This document shows, one piece after another, positions 1 to 12,200 of a DNA stretch of 64,000 nt. Position 1 is the stretch's first letter; each line of letters opens with the position of its first letter. Source of the stretch: Adineta vaga (lineage: Eukaryota > Animalia > Rotifera); NCBI GenBank assembly GCA_021613535.1, contig CP075496.1, positions 1,550,001-1,614,000 of the forward strand, given 5' to 3'. The notes beneath the pieces were generated by a model, which ran no database searches, was not told where the DNA came from, and worked only from the letters and a program-made list of their open reading frames with translations. The position numbers and the translations under genes were made by a program.

Positions 1-2398
1 TACACGAAATGTATACCATCGATTATCTCGTTGAATATTTCTTATAATAGCTTTTGTTTGTGAAACTTCTTCTTTGACAAAACCCCATTTTGATATTGTG
101 TCTTGTTGATAGAGATCAACTTTTGGTAATGTCCATTGAGCTTCAATAACATAGAAAATTGGTTCAATATTATTCATTCCATTGGAATTCCATTTTAATC
201 GAACAGTTCGTCGACTTTTTCTTTCTATAGCCGTCACATTCGTCGGTTGAGGTATTGTTTCTAGATGAAAAAACATATTCACGTATGTTTTTTTTTCTCA
301 CATTTATCATTATCTCGCGTGCAATACAAGGCTAATTATGAACAGCTTTTCTTTCCCTTTCAATATGTCAATCATTATTTTATGATGGCATCCGAGACAC
401 CTGTATGAATCGATCAACTTACCGAAACAATCATTCGCGGGTGAACATGACGATGATGATGATTGACAATCATCTAAAAAGGAATGAGAGTTAATCCGTT
501 TCTTCGATCTTTATTCCTCACGAGACATCAAATGTCATTTACATTGTTATTTGAAACAATTCAATTTTCTTACCTGTTAAACAATTCGATTGTTGTTCAT
601 AAAGCTTTTGGACAAAACCACAACTTCTTTGACATTCACCATTTTGTAACTAAGATTAAGAAAAAGAATATAATTTTCATTAACTAAAGTTAATCTATTT
701 ATTTGTTTCATATCTGCTTTCTTCTATTTCATTCTATCATGAGTGTATATATATATATATACACATATATACAGTTGTCGACATCAAGCGTTCATCACAA
801 TGAACATATCATCTTTCTTAACTTTGTTTTTTACCATCGATAATGATCTCGACAGATACGAGGTCATGCTTTCGATCAGAGATAGGCAAAAAGAAAGAAT
901 AACTTACTGTCGAACAGATTGCTTGACAACTTTGGTCATTGGACAGGAGAAGTGGCGGATCCAAATCACATGGGAGTAGACACTAGAATAGACATTAGAA
1001 AAAAACAAGTACAAACAGATCAACTCGTTTGCATACTGATGAGCTAAAAAGAAGAAGGAGAAAAAGAAAATCAGCCGATTTCCGCCTTTAGTCTATGCAA
1101 GTTTGTCGGTCAGTGAGATTTTTTTTCCTTCATAATTCAATTAGTTAGACATTAGATTCTCTATTTCTCATTAGCTCTATATTGTTAGTCGAGTTATCAT
1201 ATGAGACAATCATACGTTTTTCAATCTCCTCCTTCTTTCTATTCATTCAGGGCAATTTACTTACCGAGCTACATGTGATAAGGCGTGGACAACGTTCCCA
1301 GATAGATCGCCATGGTAAAGTTAGTGCATGTGTCGTCTAAAATAAAATCATAATTATTGAAGACATTCAATCGATAGGACAATTCTTTTTGTTTTCTTAT
1401 CGCGTTTTTCTTTCTTTGTCGAAATGATTATTCGTATAATTATAATGTATGTCAATGTGAGATGCGAAAAAAGGCAGTTCGAACAATTGTTAAATGATCA
1501 GTATGAAATTTTAACTTGTTCATTTCATTAATTTAAAATCAACATCATTAGAATGTATGAATGAATGGAAAGTGAAAGACAAGTTCGATTGAGTTTTTCT
1601 ATTTATTTAGTGTCTTGTCATCAGATTGTATATATGATAGACGAGACACCTCATCTATAAAAATAACAAAATGAGAAACGGAAGCACCTGTGTATATGGC
1701 TAACTAACACCTTTCATTTTTATGTTTTTCTTCGACTAATAACTGAAACAAAAATCAAATCTGATATTCTACGAACTAATTTTGTTTGTCTAATGGCTTA
1801 ATTGAGAGAGAGAGAGAGTGAGTGAGTGAGGAAAGTAAATGTACACACCTTGAGGGTTAATTGAACATTTTTTTTCGAATAAAAGATGAAAAGAAAGGTG
1901 TTTAATGTTTTCTATAGTCGATGAGAAAAACAAAATCTTTTCATTAAACAAATGAATTGATCAATATAATCTTCTTCTACTTGTAGATTTTCATCTTTCC
2001 TTGAGTTTGACTAAATAAACAAATCTACATAGTGTGCATGTTTTCTTAACCTCCATGGAAAAGTCTATCAATATATATCCTTGTCTCAGCATGTAACATA
2101 TTCACAGGTGATAATCTCACTCGGTGGTCTAAGACTAATTTTGAGTGTCAATTACAGATAAAGCAAAGTCATTTCTATTTGATCTCACCAGTAGACGTTT
2201 CGATTTTCCATTATTGTCCATGACTCGTAGTGAACGTTGCTGTTGTTGATGATGATGATTTCGATATTCATATAAACAACGAGCTTTACATTGAGCTGAT
2301 ATTAAAGAACTATATCGAATATTGGATATGTCTTTCGTTGATGTTGAACTTGAATAAATAATTTGTAGAATAAAAATGGTTATAATAGAGACAATCAT
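1..2398 (-). CDS. ANOS1: Anosmin-1/KAL1-like secreted protein (signal peptide, Cys-rich box, reduced WAP-like segment, FnIII); 3' end runs off the window
   Basis: Exons ~2398-2189, 1336-1265, 982-908, 649-574, 473-423, 260-1 join in frame via GT-AG introns. Signal peptide MIVSIITIFILQIIYSS; Cys box AQCKARCL...CSSCLLPC...CQAIC...ECQRSCGF; FnIII LKWNS...IEPIFYVIEAQW...RWYTFRV, resembling anosmin IEPVIYVVQRRW...RWYQFRV. Confidence 0.8.
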
Positions 2399-4411
2399 GA
2401 TGCATCAAATGATTAATCTAGCGAAATATATTCGTGTGCGTATGTGTGTGTGTACAGTTCGATAAGATCAAACGTTGAAATGAAAAAAAAAAGAAAATTA
2501 GCTCCTATGCACGATGTCTATATATATATGTATGTGTATGGCTTGCGATTTTTCCAATATATGAGACGCGATAGAGGGTGAGTGTATTCGCCCACCCACT
2601 CCATGATTTCTCTCTCCCTTCTCTTCTCTTCCTCTCTCTCTCGTTCTTTCCTGCGTTCATCATCGTTCGGTCTATTTATTTTTTGAACTCGACACTACAG
2701 TAAGAGAGTTGTACATTTAGACAATAAGAAGAAAAAAGGAGAACAAAAAAAAAATTATTCCATCATTGCCGATCATTATATACATACAATTGTCCTATGT
2801 CCAGTAAAATGAATGTACTAGTTAATGGTCAATATTCAGATCGGCATTAAATTTTAATAAGAGAAAGAACAAAGAAAATGAGTTTTCAACGATTAAAGAT
2901 CAATTTTCTCATTTTTTTTCTCTATCTATTAGAAGAAGAAGAAAAAAAACTCGCGTTCCATTCTATTCATTAAACAGGAAGTGTGGACTACGCGCACTCT
3001 TCAGGTAATTGTAAATGTATGATGGAATGCATTGCTGTTTCAAGTGCTTGTTGCCGATCGCCATATGGACAGATTTTTTTAATGACAATGACAACGAACG
3101 TGATGGCGAAGGATAGTTTAAAATTCAAGTAGCCGGAAATATGTATATATATGTGTGTGTGTGTATATAAATCAAGGCACAAAAAAAAAACAATATTCTC
3201 TTTGCCCATTAAAACTGGTCATTGAAGTAGACGAATAATCAATCTATTTCTCTTTTTTCATACGAAAGTGACATAATCCTTTTGTCGCCTGTTGTAAAGT
3301 GGTCTCATTTTTTTCTCTTACTCTCACCCTACAATTGTGAACACCTTTGAAGAGAAAAGAAAATAGCGTTTCCTCTGTTCTCTCTCTCTCTCCTTCTCTC
3401 GTTCACTGTTTTATCATCTTTCGATAATAATGATGGTGACAGATCTAGAAAATCGAATTGGAGATGTGAGATGCATGAGAGAAAGAAATGTCACGCAAAT
3501 TAGTTCCTCCTTCTCTATATTGTGTATATATGATCGATTCATAACGGAACGGAAATGGCGTAATAAGACGCCGCATTTCTTTTCCTTGCCCTCTCAGTTC
3601 AATATAAAGAGAAAGAGAGTCATCAAATTAATTTATTCCAACAATCGTGAAGTGGCCTCTCCGCTGTCGTTGTCAATTTGTTCTTTGCGTGTACACATAC
3701 ATATATGTATATATATATATATATCTTTGTTTGTTACGTCAATCCTTATATTCTACTGTTAGAATAATCAACAAAAACTTTCTACTTCTTATCTTTCACC
3801 CGGAAATTGAGAGTCTTCAATGTTGACTATAACTACAAGAGCATCTAATAAAGAACTCTTGAAAGATTTGTGTGAGAGAGAGGATGTTGCCATATTGAAT
3901 AATATTATCAATATCCTTTTGTGATGTAAAATCAATGCATAAGTATGTGAAGACAAAAAAAGAAAGAAGAGGAAAGTTTGATCATAAAGATATCGATTGT
4001 TCTCTCCTTGAAAGTCTTTTCTTTTATTCAAATATAAGATTAACAATAGAATGATTGTTCAAGAAGACTATTGAAGAGATTTCAATGTCAAAATGGATTT
4101 TTTTTCTTGTTTCGAAACGAAATATGATCATCAAAGTAAACTAAATTATATATATCTTGTTTATTAGCAAGTATTCATTTTTTTTGCTTAAGTATGTATA
4201 AATATGTATGTATGTATGTGTATATATCTGAGAATCAAATACAAAAGAAAAAGTAAGAAAAAGTCGATAGAGAACAGAGTGAATTGTCATATCACAATAG
4301 ACTTCACAAAGCAGAAAAGAGAAAAAAAATATATAATAGGTAATCAAGAAAACAGATCAGAAATTTATGTATATATTTATAAATGCATACACATATGTAT
4401 AAAGAAATATT

Positions 4412-7255
4412 CTATTGTCGATAAGCGACACAAGCAAAACCCGAATCACATCTTGGTGTTAACATTTGACTTTCAATTGTCCATTCATCTTTGTCACTAT
4501 CATAAACTTCAACTGTATCAAGTAAGGATGTTCCATCATAACCACCAATAACTGCAATTCGACCACGAATAAATGCAGAACCACAATAACATCGACGTAC
4601 AGACATACTTGTAACATTGGTCCATTGATTTGTTTGACTATCATATCGTTCTACACTTGATAAATGAACTGTTCCATCAAAGCCACCACACGCAAAAATA
4701 TACTGATCAATAGTTGCACAACCAGCACCTAATTTCATTCAAAAAATTCAATTGAAATTGTTTAAGATAAGGAGTTTTTACCTGAACGTGGAGTTAACAT
4801 TGGTGCCATTTGTGACCATCGACCAAGATTAATATCTAAATGATAAAGAAAATAATGAAGAATTTCATCGTTCAAATTATTTTTACCGTATTTTTCAACT
4901 GTTTGAAGTAAACTAAGACCATCGTATCCGCCTAGAAGAATCAGAATTCTAATTATTTTATTGAATAAAGCAAATTTAATTTCGACCGAAAAACATAATA
5001 GATTTTGACGTTTCTTTATTGACAGGAAAAAACACATACTCGACAGTAACATAATCTATTTCGACAGACTATTTACTAATCGTCTTCTGATCTTTCACAA
5101 AGTTATTCATAAGACAAATCTAATGTTGTCTCATCATCAATTGTCTAGGCTAGACAAAATCATGTTTTCCTAAGCAAATTTTTACTGTCACATTCGATAA
5201 AAATAGTCAAACTTCGATATCAATTAGAGAATATTTCCTTACCAATACAATAGAGATGATCACTGATTGCAACAAGACCAGCACCTTCTCTTCCAACATG
5301 CATATCTTCACCAATAGTCCAAACATCGGTTTTTTCATCATAACATTCAGTTGATGCCAATCGAGATGATCCATCGAATCCACCACATACATAGATTAAA
5401 TCTGAAGAAAAAAAAAACAAGACTCATCTACACATTTAATACATATGAAAAGAAATTTACTTTGATGTACACAAACACCAGGTAGTGCTAGAAGTAACAA
5501 AATGCGATAAACTATGTGATAAACTATATGAATTTTCTTACCTCGTCGATAAGTTAAAGAAGCAACTGGTTGCCAAGTGGAATTTTCTTGCGATAAATCC
5601 AAACATTCAACAGAATTCATACGTTGTCGTCCATCGTATCCACCGACAACATAAAGACGTTTACCAATCGCTGCTGCAGCAGCATATCGACGTCGTTTTG
5701 TTAATGGCTATATAAAATCAACAAAATTTCATTCATATTTATTATCAATAATTTCAAACTTGTAAAGCAATCCATTCATTATTTCGTGGATTCCATCTTT
5801 CAACAATATCGACTGGTCGTTGATGAGCACCAAAACCTCCTGCGACCTACGGAAAACTCAATTTTACTTTCCAATCCAATATAAAAAACAAAAAACTTTC
5901 TCCATACAATCAGATGTTCATCTTTTCCTAGAAAACAAAAATTCGTTATTTTGTTTTTACGATTAAAATCTCGAATTCAACTAACCACGTCGACTAGTAA
6001 ATCGTGTTCCTGTCATTGTCTTTCGACAATCTGGTCTTAAATGATATCGTTTTGCTTCATCCAACAAATCTCGACATTTATGTGACGTTCTAATCAAAAC
6101 CTTCAAAACAAAAACCTTTAATTTCACAAAATAAAAACACATTTCCTTACTTCATTATCACAAATATCAGTGAGAAATCGAACGCCAAGAAATGGTAATC
6201 GAACATGTTGTAAAAGTGTTAATAAATACTGTTGACGAAATGTTTGATCATGTTTTATCCAAGACATAACACAATTATAGATAATTTCTTCATTCGGAAC
6301 CTAAATAAATACAAAATACTCATCTTTCAGCAAACAAAGAATTTCTCATTAACAAACTTCAATTTCATCTGATTGAATTAGATCTTCCACTTCATTTGCT
6401 TTCAATGTTAGAAATTCTTCACTATGAATAACTGCACCAAAATGTGTCCAAATAAATGATAATGCTAAAAGTAGTACCATAGTGAAAATCTTCGTCGAAA
6501 AAATTCAAATTCTTACCAGCTTGTTTTAACTGTGAACAATTATGTAAATCAGCAAAACAATATATGCCCAAACAATTTGCTGGTTCAAGTTGACTAGCAA
6601 GAAATAGAGCACATTGTCGCTGAATATCTAAAAAACACAAACATCTATTCATTCAAAATCCACTCAACATAATAAACAAACCAGTTCCATTTAATTGAAG
6701 TAAAGAAGCTGCTGGAAGGATATCTTGAACATTATCATGTGTAACTGTTGCTGATTCACCATAGATTGAATTGAGAAGAATTTCCATAACAGAAGCACTA
6801 AATCCTTTCAATTCAATTACATTCATATGACGTTCAACCATCTAAATTCATTGACAAAATTAACATTGTTCAGAAAGAAAAAGTTTACTTTACTTCTCCT
6901 GTAAACATTGCAGCAAAATAATCACTAACTGCTGCAAGAACAAGACGATGTGCAGGAAAAAGTGTTTGATCAACTTTGAGAGTTACGTCACAAAGATGTT
7001 CAGCTTTGCGTAATTTGTTCATACGAGAAATTAATTGTTGAGAATGAATTGAATCTTGTAAAGAACTATTTGATATTGCACCATCAATTAAATTTGTTAG
7101 TTTTGATTCATTTCTATAGAAAAAGAAGAAAAAAAACTAAGTTTAAACAAACAAAGACAATAAACATACTCAAGCAAATGATCATGTTGATACATAGAAC
7201 CGGGAACTTTGCTTTTAAATATTTCATTAGTACTGTTAGGAGAAGGACTTGACAT
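4412..7255 (-). CDS. KLHL12: Kelch-like protein 12 (BTB-BACK-Kelch CUL3 adaptor), multi-exon
   Basis: BTB LCDVTLKV...FPAHRLVLAAVSDYFAAMFTG; BACK domain; Kelch repeats GGFGAHQRPVDIVERWNP, KRRRYAAAAAIGKRLYVVGGYDGRQRMNSVECLD, GREGAGLV, GGFDGTVHLSSVERYD, which track KLHL12. ATG at 7255 splices in frame to exon 2. Confidence 0.85.
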
Positions 7256-7641
7256 GATTTTTACTGTGAACTATGTGCACTAGTCGTGTAAAATATCAAG
7301 GATAATGTGTCAGAGGTAAGATACACTTTCGATTGGATACACTTGATAGAAACAGCTGAGTTAGAAACAAAGATGTCGCCGAAAGTTGTACATTTATATG
7401 TATAGGTATGTCAAAGCATGACATATGATATGCATTGAGTCAATGCTTCTATGGTTATCTTAAGTGCTCGTTTTATATAATCAATGATTATTATTCTATT
7501 ATCGGAGAGAAGTATCGAATGATACAATAGATACGTTCTTAACAAATAGAAAATCTCTAATTGAGATAGTTCGTTGTATTATATGAAGATTTTTATTGCG
7601 TGATTATTAGTTTATGAAAAATTAAAAATTTTTTCTCTTGA

Positions 7642-7955
7642 TTAATCTTTTCGTTTATGTGGAGGTCGAAAACGATTAGTAGGTTTTGCTTTAGGTTTAT
7701 TTTTATCCACTGGACGAATCGGATGTCGATGATTTCGTCGAATACTTCCACGATGTTTTGTTAGAAAAGATCCACGTGTATTTTGATCGTTTCGCGATGT
7801 AACAACACCTCGTCCATGTGTACGTGGATTAAGAGAAACTTGATCACTCACTAGAAGAAAATATAAAATTCGAATAATTACATGAAAAATAACAAACTTG
7901 AGAATAGAAACATCAGAATAAAAGTTATGATTAAAACAAGAAGATATAATCGCAT
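7642..7955 (-). CDS. Small secreted, Arg/Lys/His/Pro-rich peptide precursor (88 aa, 2 exons), orphan
   Basis: Exon1 7955-7898 (MRLYLLVLIITFILMFLFS), 47-nt GT-AG intron 7897-7851, exon2 7850-7642 in frame (MSDQVSLNPRTHGRG...RFRPPHKRKD*). Confidence 0.6.
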
Positions 7956-8295
7956 TGTGTAAATGATTAATGATGAAATTCAATTGTATATTTTTACTCG
8001 TTTGATGATTAAATACAATAGATTGAATTTCGTGATGTACTTTTATAATATCAGAGAAGAAAAAGATAAGAGAGAAAAATGTATTTTTACATCGCATGTG
8101 ATCTTAAGTTAATAAATGTCATCAGAGTGTATCTCTGAATTCTATTAATGCAAATCTTGTTTATTGGCTTCTTCTACGAATGAATTATTTTGTTATTCAT
8201 ACTTTTATTCCACGTAAATATTTCTCATTTTTTTTATTAAAAGAACAATTAAATAATTAGAATGTTTTCTTTCGTGAAAAAATGAGAATTAATGT

Positions 8296-8658
8296 TTATG
8301 TATAATAACCACTAAAATCCAAAGCTGTTGATACATTTTGATGTTTAACTACATACATATCAGGTAATTGTCGAACCGGTCGATAAGGTTCTTGTTTTGT
8401 TGATGCGCCAAGTTGAGAAAAATTTCGAAAATATAATTTCAATGTTCGATCTAAACCCGAATCTGTTGGATAAAATCGATTCATTTTCATTCCATTGATA
8501 TTATAATCATATCGAACTGTTCGTGCATGTTCTTGTCGACTATTTCGATTATTAATTTCTCGTTGTGCATGTTCACAAGATGATTGATGATTTCGTAGAA
8601 CATAACCGTTTTCAAATGTTTTTAAACATGATGGAAAACCAATACATGGATAACGCAT
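8296..8658 (-). CDS. Small protein with N-terminal C2HC-type zinc finger motif, apparently intronless
   Basis: ATG at 8658; MRYPCIGFPSCLKTFENGYVLRNHQSSC = C-x5-C-x12-H-x3-C with finger-like F and L positions; coding-like composition. Confidence 0.55.
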   Translation of the reverse strand: MRYPCIGFPSCLKTFENGYVLRNHQSSCEHAQREINNRNSRQEHARTVRYDYNINGMKMNRFYPTDSGLDRTLKLYFRNFSQLGASTKQEPYRPVRQLPDMYVVKHQNVSTALDFSGYYT

Positions 8659-9201
8659 ATTGTTCAAAAGAAAAATTTCTTTCTATACTTTTTCTTAACT
8701 ATTTACCTAAAGAAATCTGATGTTGATGTTTGTTGCTAGACACTTATGATTTCACGTATAGTAAGAAGAGAGAAAGAATGTTAATAAAACGGGCATCGTT
8801 TATATTTTCTTCAGAAGAATAAGCACAAAAAGAAAATTGTTGGAGTGAATGGTAAACACTTAAGAAACATCGATCGTGCAGTATCCAAGGTTCATATCCG
8901 TAGTTACACTTTCAACTCGATTGAGAATTGTTTGAACATATAACTTATCTTAATCTCTCTAATCGTTGATCAAATAAAACAAACAAATTACTTCCGATAG
9001 GTAATCTTATTCTTCTGTTTCTTACAATTTATTATCAAACTCTTCGATGATAAATACAAAGCTCGAATTTTGAAATATATATATATTGGAATGTAATAAT
9101 AAAAAGAAAACAAACACTTTTTTCGAAGATATATATATAGAAATATATACATGTACATTGATAAAAAGAAAACTAAGCAAATGAAATCATTGCAATTTGA
9201 A

Positions 9202-12200
9202 TTAGAAATGGTCCACAAGAATTGAAACATTTGAACTAGTAACATGATTGATTCCATTAAGAGTTGTTGATTTATCTTGTTGATGATTAGATGAACCATC
9301 TAATGAAGAAGAAAAAAAACAACGAATAGTTTGGATTAAAATGTATTTATTGCTTACTTTGATTAGCACCATGAAGCATCAAAGCTAATTGTTGAGCATC
9401 TGTTCCCGCACAATGCGGTAAGATTAATTCAACTGGTTTTAAAAATTGAACACCATGAGGACCACACATGACAATGGGACTTAGCAAACGTTCACCTTGT
9501 TTGGCATTAAATGTTGGAATATTACTTCCATCTTGACATACTTGAAAATAAATTTCTTGTTGTACACCTTCAGGAATCGCTCCAACAGGAACAGAAATTG
9601 ATACACCTAAAATATGCTTGAAAATTTAAATAAAATCAATAGAAAATGATTTCAAACCTGTTAATGGACAAACTAATTTTCCTCCATAATAATTGAGAAT
9701 TCCACGTGCACCTCCAATGACATCACATGTATCTTGAGCTGAATATGATCTTCAAATAGAAATCATTAGTTTAGAGAATGAATGAATTATATATATATAT
9801 ATCGAATGAAAAGCAAAGCGCATGCCATGCATTTATCATTTTATATCAAATAAATGAATTAGAAAAGAAGTTTTGAAAGATTTTCTACCTTATTTCATTC
9901 ATTTCTTTGATACTTTTATCTTTTACACTTAAAGTTGATGATGTCGAAGATGATGAATGTGCATTCTGTTGTTGTTGTTGTTGTATTAGAAACGCTTGAT
10001 CATCATGTGTATAAACACGTGGTTTTTGTAAAGAAAAATCACCATTTTGATAAGGATGTCGATCACTTGGTGATTGATAATAAACATTTGGAATTGTCGG
10101 AGGAAAGATTTCGGATCGTAAACTTTCAGTTGGAACTGAGTTACCCAATGAAGTATGATTTGACTTCTTATTCGAAGATATTTTCTGTTTTAATAATAGT
10201 TCCGCACGTAATTTCTCATTGGAATTAACGGATTGAATTTGTTCATTACGACGAACAGTATCCATGGATGTACAACGGATAATACGATGAGATGTATCCG
10301 TAGAATTTGAATGAGAATGATGGCCATTAGAAGATGATGGTAAGATCGTTGGACGAGATGATGAAGAAGATAAAGGTCTATTAAGAAATGAATTCTTTCT
10401 TTTTTTATGTTACCAAATTCTCTTCGAATTCATACCTATTCCAAGTTGCATAACCATTCATTGCTGTCATTGTTGATTTATGATTGCCATGTTTAGTTAT
10501 ATTATGTTGTAAAGATCCACCACTATCACTTGAACTCAATCGTCCATTCGGATTTGTCGTTCGAAGTTTTGGTGCAAGTAATGGTCGTCTCGATGGAATT
10601 CGAGTTGTCTTTCCATTCGTTGTTGATCCACTGAAAAAATAGATAATTCATGCAATTTACTGGAACATGCAAAGCTATTTATTACTTCGTTTCATGCATC
10701 TGTGTTTTAACTAAAGGTGCTTGAAGAAGCTTAGCAATGTTCTGTGTATTTGATAAATGATCATTTTCATAGTGAATTTTATACTTGTCTTCTTCATCGA
10801 AATGATATAAACGTTGTAAACGATAGATATCATCATGTTCAACATGAGAAATCGAGTCCGTATGATAGACTAGATGACCATTCGATGTTGATTGATATGG
10901 ACGTTGATTGATCGAAGAATTTTCATTCTAAAAAATACGAATATGTTTTATGAAGATATAACAAAGAATTTGAAGAATTTACAATATAAGATTTATCTGT
11001 ACGAAATAATTCATCATTATTATTAGAAATTGTTTGAAAATGATTGTTATTATTCTCCTTAATTGGTTTAATATAAGGTAATGTTTTTTGATAAATATCT
11101 GAATTGTTCATAGTCGAATTTGAGTGTGTGATTCCCGATCGACGATGATGTTTTTCACCATTAATTGTTGAAATTTCTGCAACTGAATGACTACGATTAG
11201 GTAGAGACATTGATGAATTTTGCATATATGCACTATCTAAATAGAGATTTTCTTGAAATGTTCGATGAACAATGGAATATTTACTATCATCTTCATCTTC
11301 ATCGTCTTCATCATCGAAGTCTGGATGTGAATCTGTTGAATAGGATCGCTAAAACAAAAGACATTCAATAAAAACATAAGAAGAATTGTTTTTTTTTCAC
11401 GAAGAATTTTACAATTTTATCACGTGGAAAAACGACGGGATCAGATGCAACTCTTTGTAAATAATTTTTTCCTTTTCGTTCACGAGAACTCATCATTTCA
11501 GAATCAGGACTTGATTCATCACGTGTTGTTGTATTATCATCGGAATAACTATGTCTTGTTGAAATGAAATATTCATCAGAATTTGGTAAATCTTTATCAG
11601 CTGGTCGATCATCACTCATCCAAATCGGTTGTTCTTGTTGAATTTCAATTTGACTTTTTAAAATCTTATACCAATTTGTTGTTGAATCAAGTTTAACTGT
11701 TGATGTAAATAAATAGGAATATAGAAATTCTAAACGTTCAGATGAGTCAAATAAACGACGAGATGATTTTTGATAAAGTTTCCCATATTCTTGACGCATT
11801 TGTTTCACTTGTCGACGATCATTTGCTTTGAAATAGATCACAATTGGATAACATTGAGCATAGTTTAATTGTTCAACAGCTGTTGGAGTTATATCAAGTA
11901 AACAATGACGATTCTAAAAGATTCATTAGGATCAAAAACAATTCGCATCGATTTCCAATGAAAATGTTTACTTACTCGTTGAATAACATTTTTGATACTT
12001 TGTAATTTAATAACATTTGCTCGTGCTTTTGTTGGAGAATGCATTTCAATGCCTAAACAAAAACAAGATTTGATTGAAATTTAGTGATCAATTATTAACT
12101 TACGAGGTAATTCAAATCGTTCGGGATGCTCTTTGATGAGACGATCTCGTGCAATATCAGCCAAGGGACCAAAGAGAACCACTGGCCGAATAATTGTAAC

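Noticed and set aside
2988-4551. Several 60-115 aa ORFs rich in I/Y/F/K
   Set aside because: They derive from (TA)n/(CA)n/poly-A low-complexity UTR or intergenic DNA; no motifs or splice support.
4932-5237. Longer KLHL12 intron with a small hairpin (TTGTCTAGGCTAGACAA) and a TGATGA motif; possible snoRNA
   Set aside because: No well-spaced box D or terminal stem could be established.
7851-8097. N-terminal part of the 151-aa ORF 7642..8097
   Set aside because: Read-through of intron and upstream DNA; the more plausible first exon (signal peptide) is in another frame.
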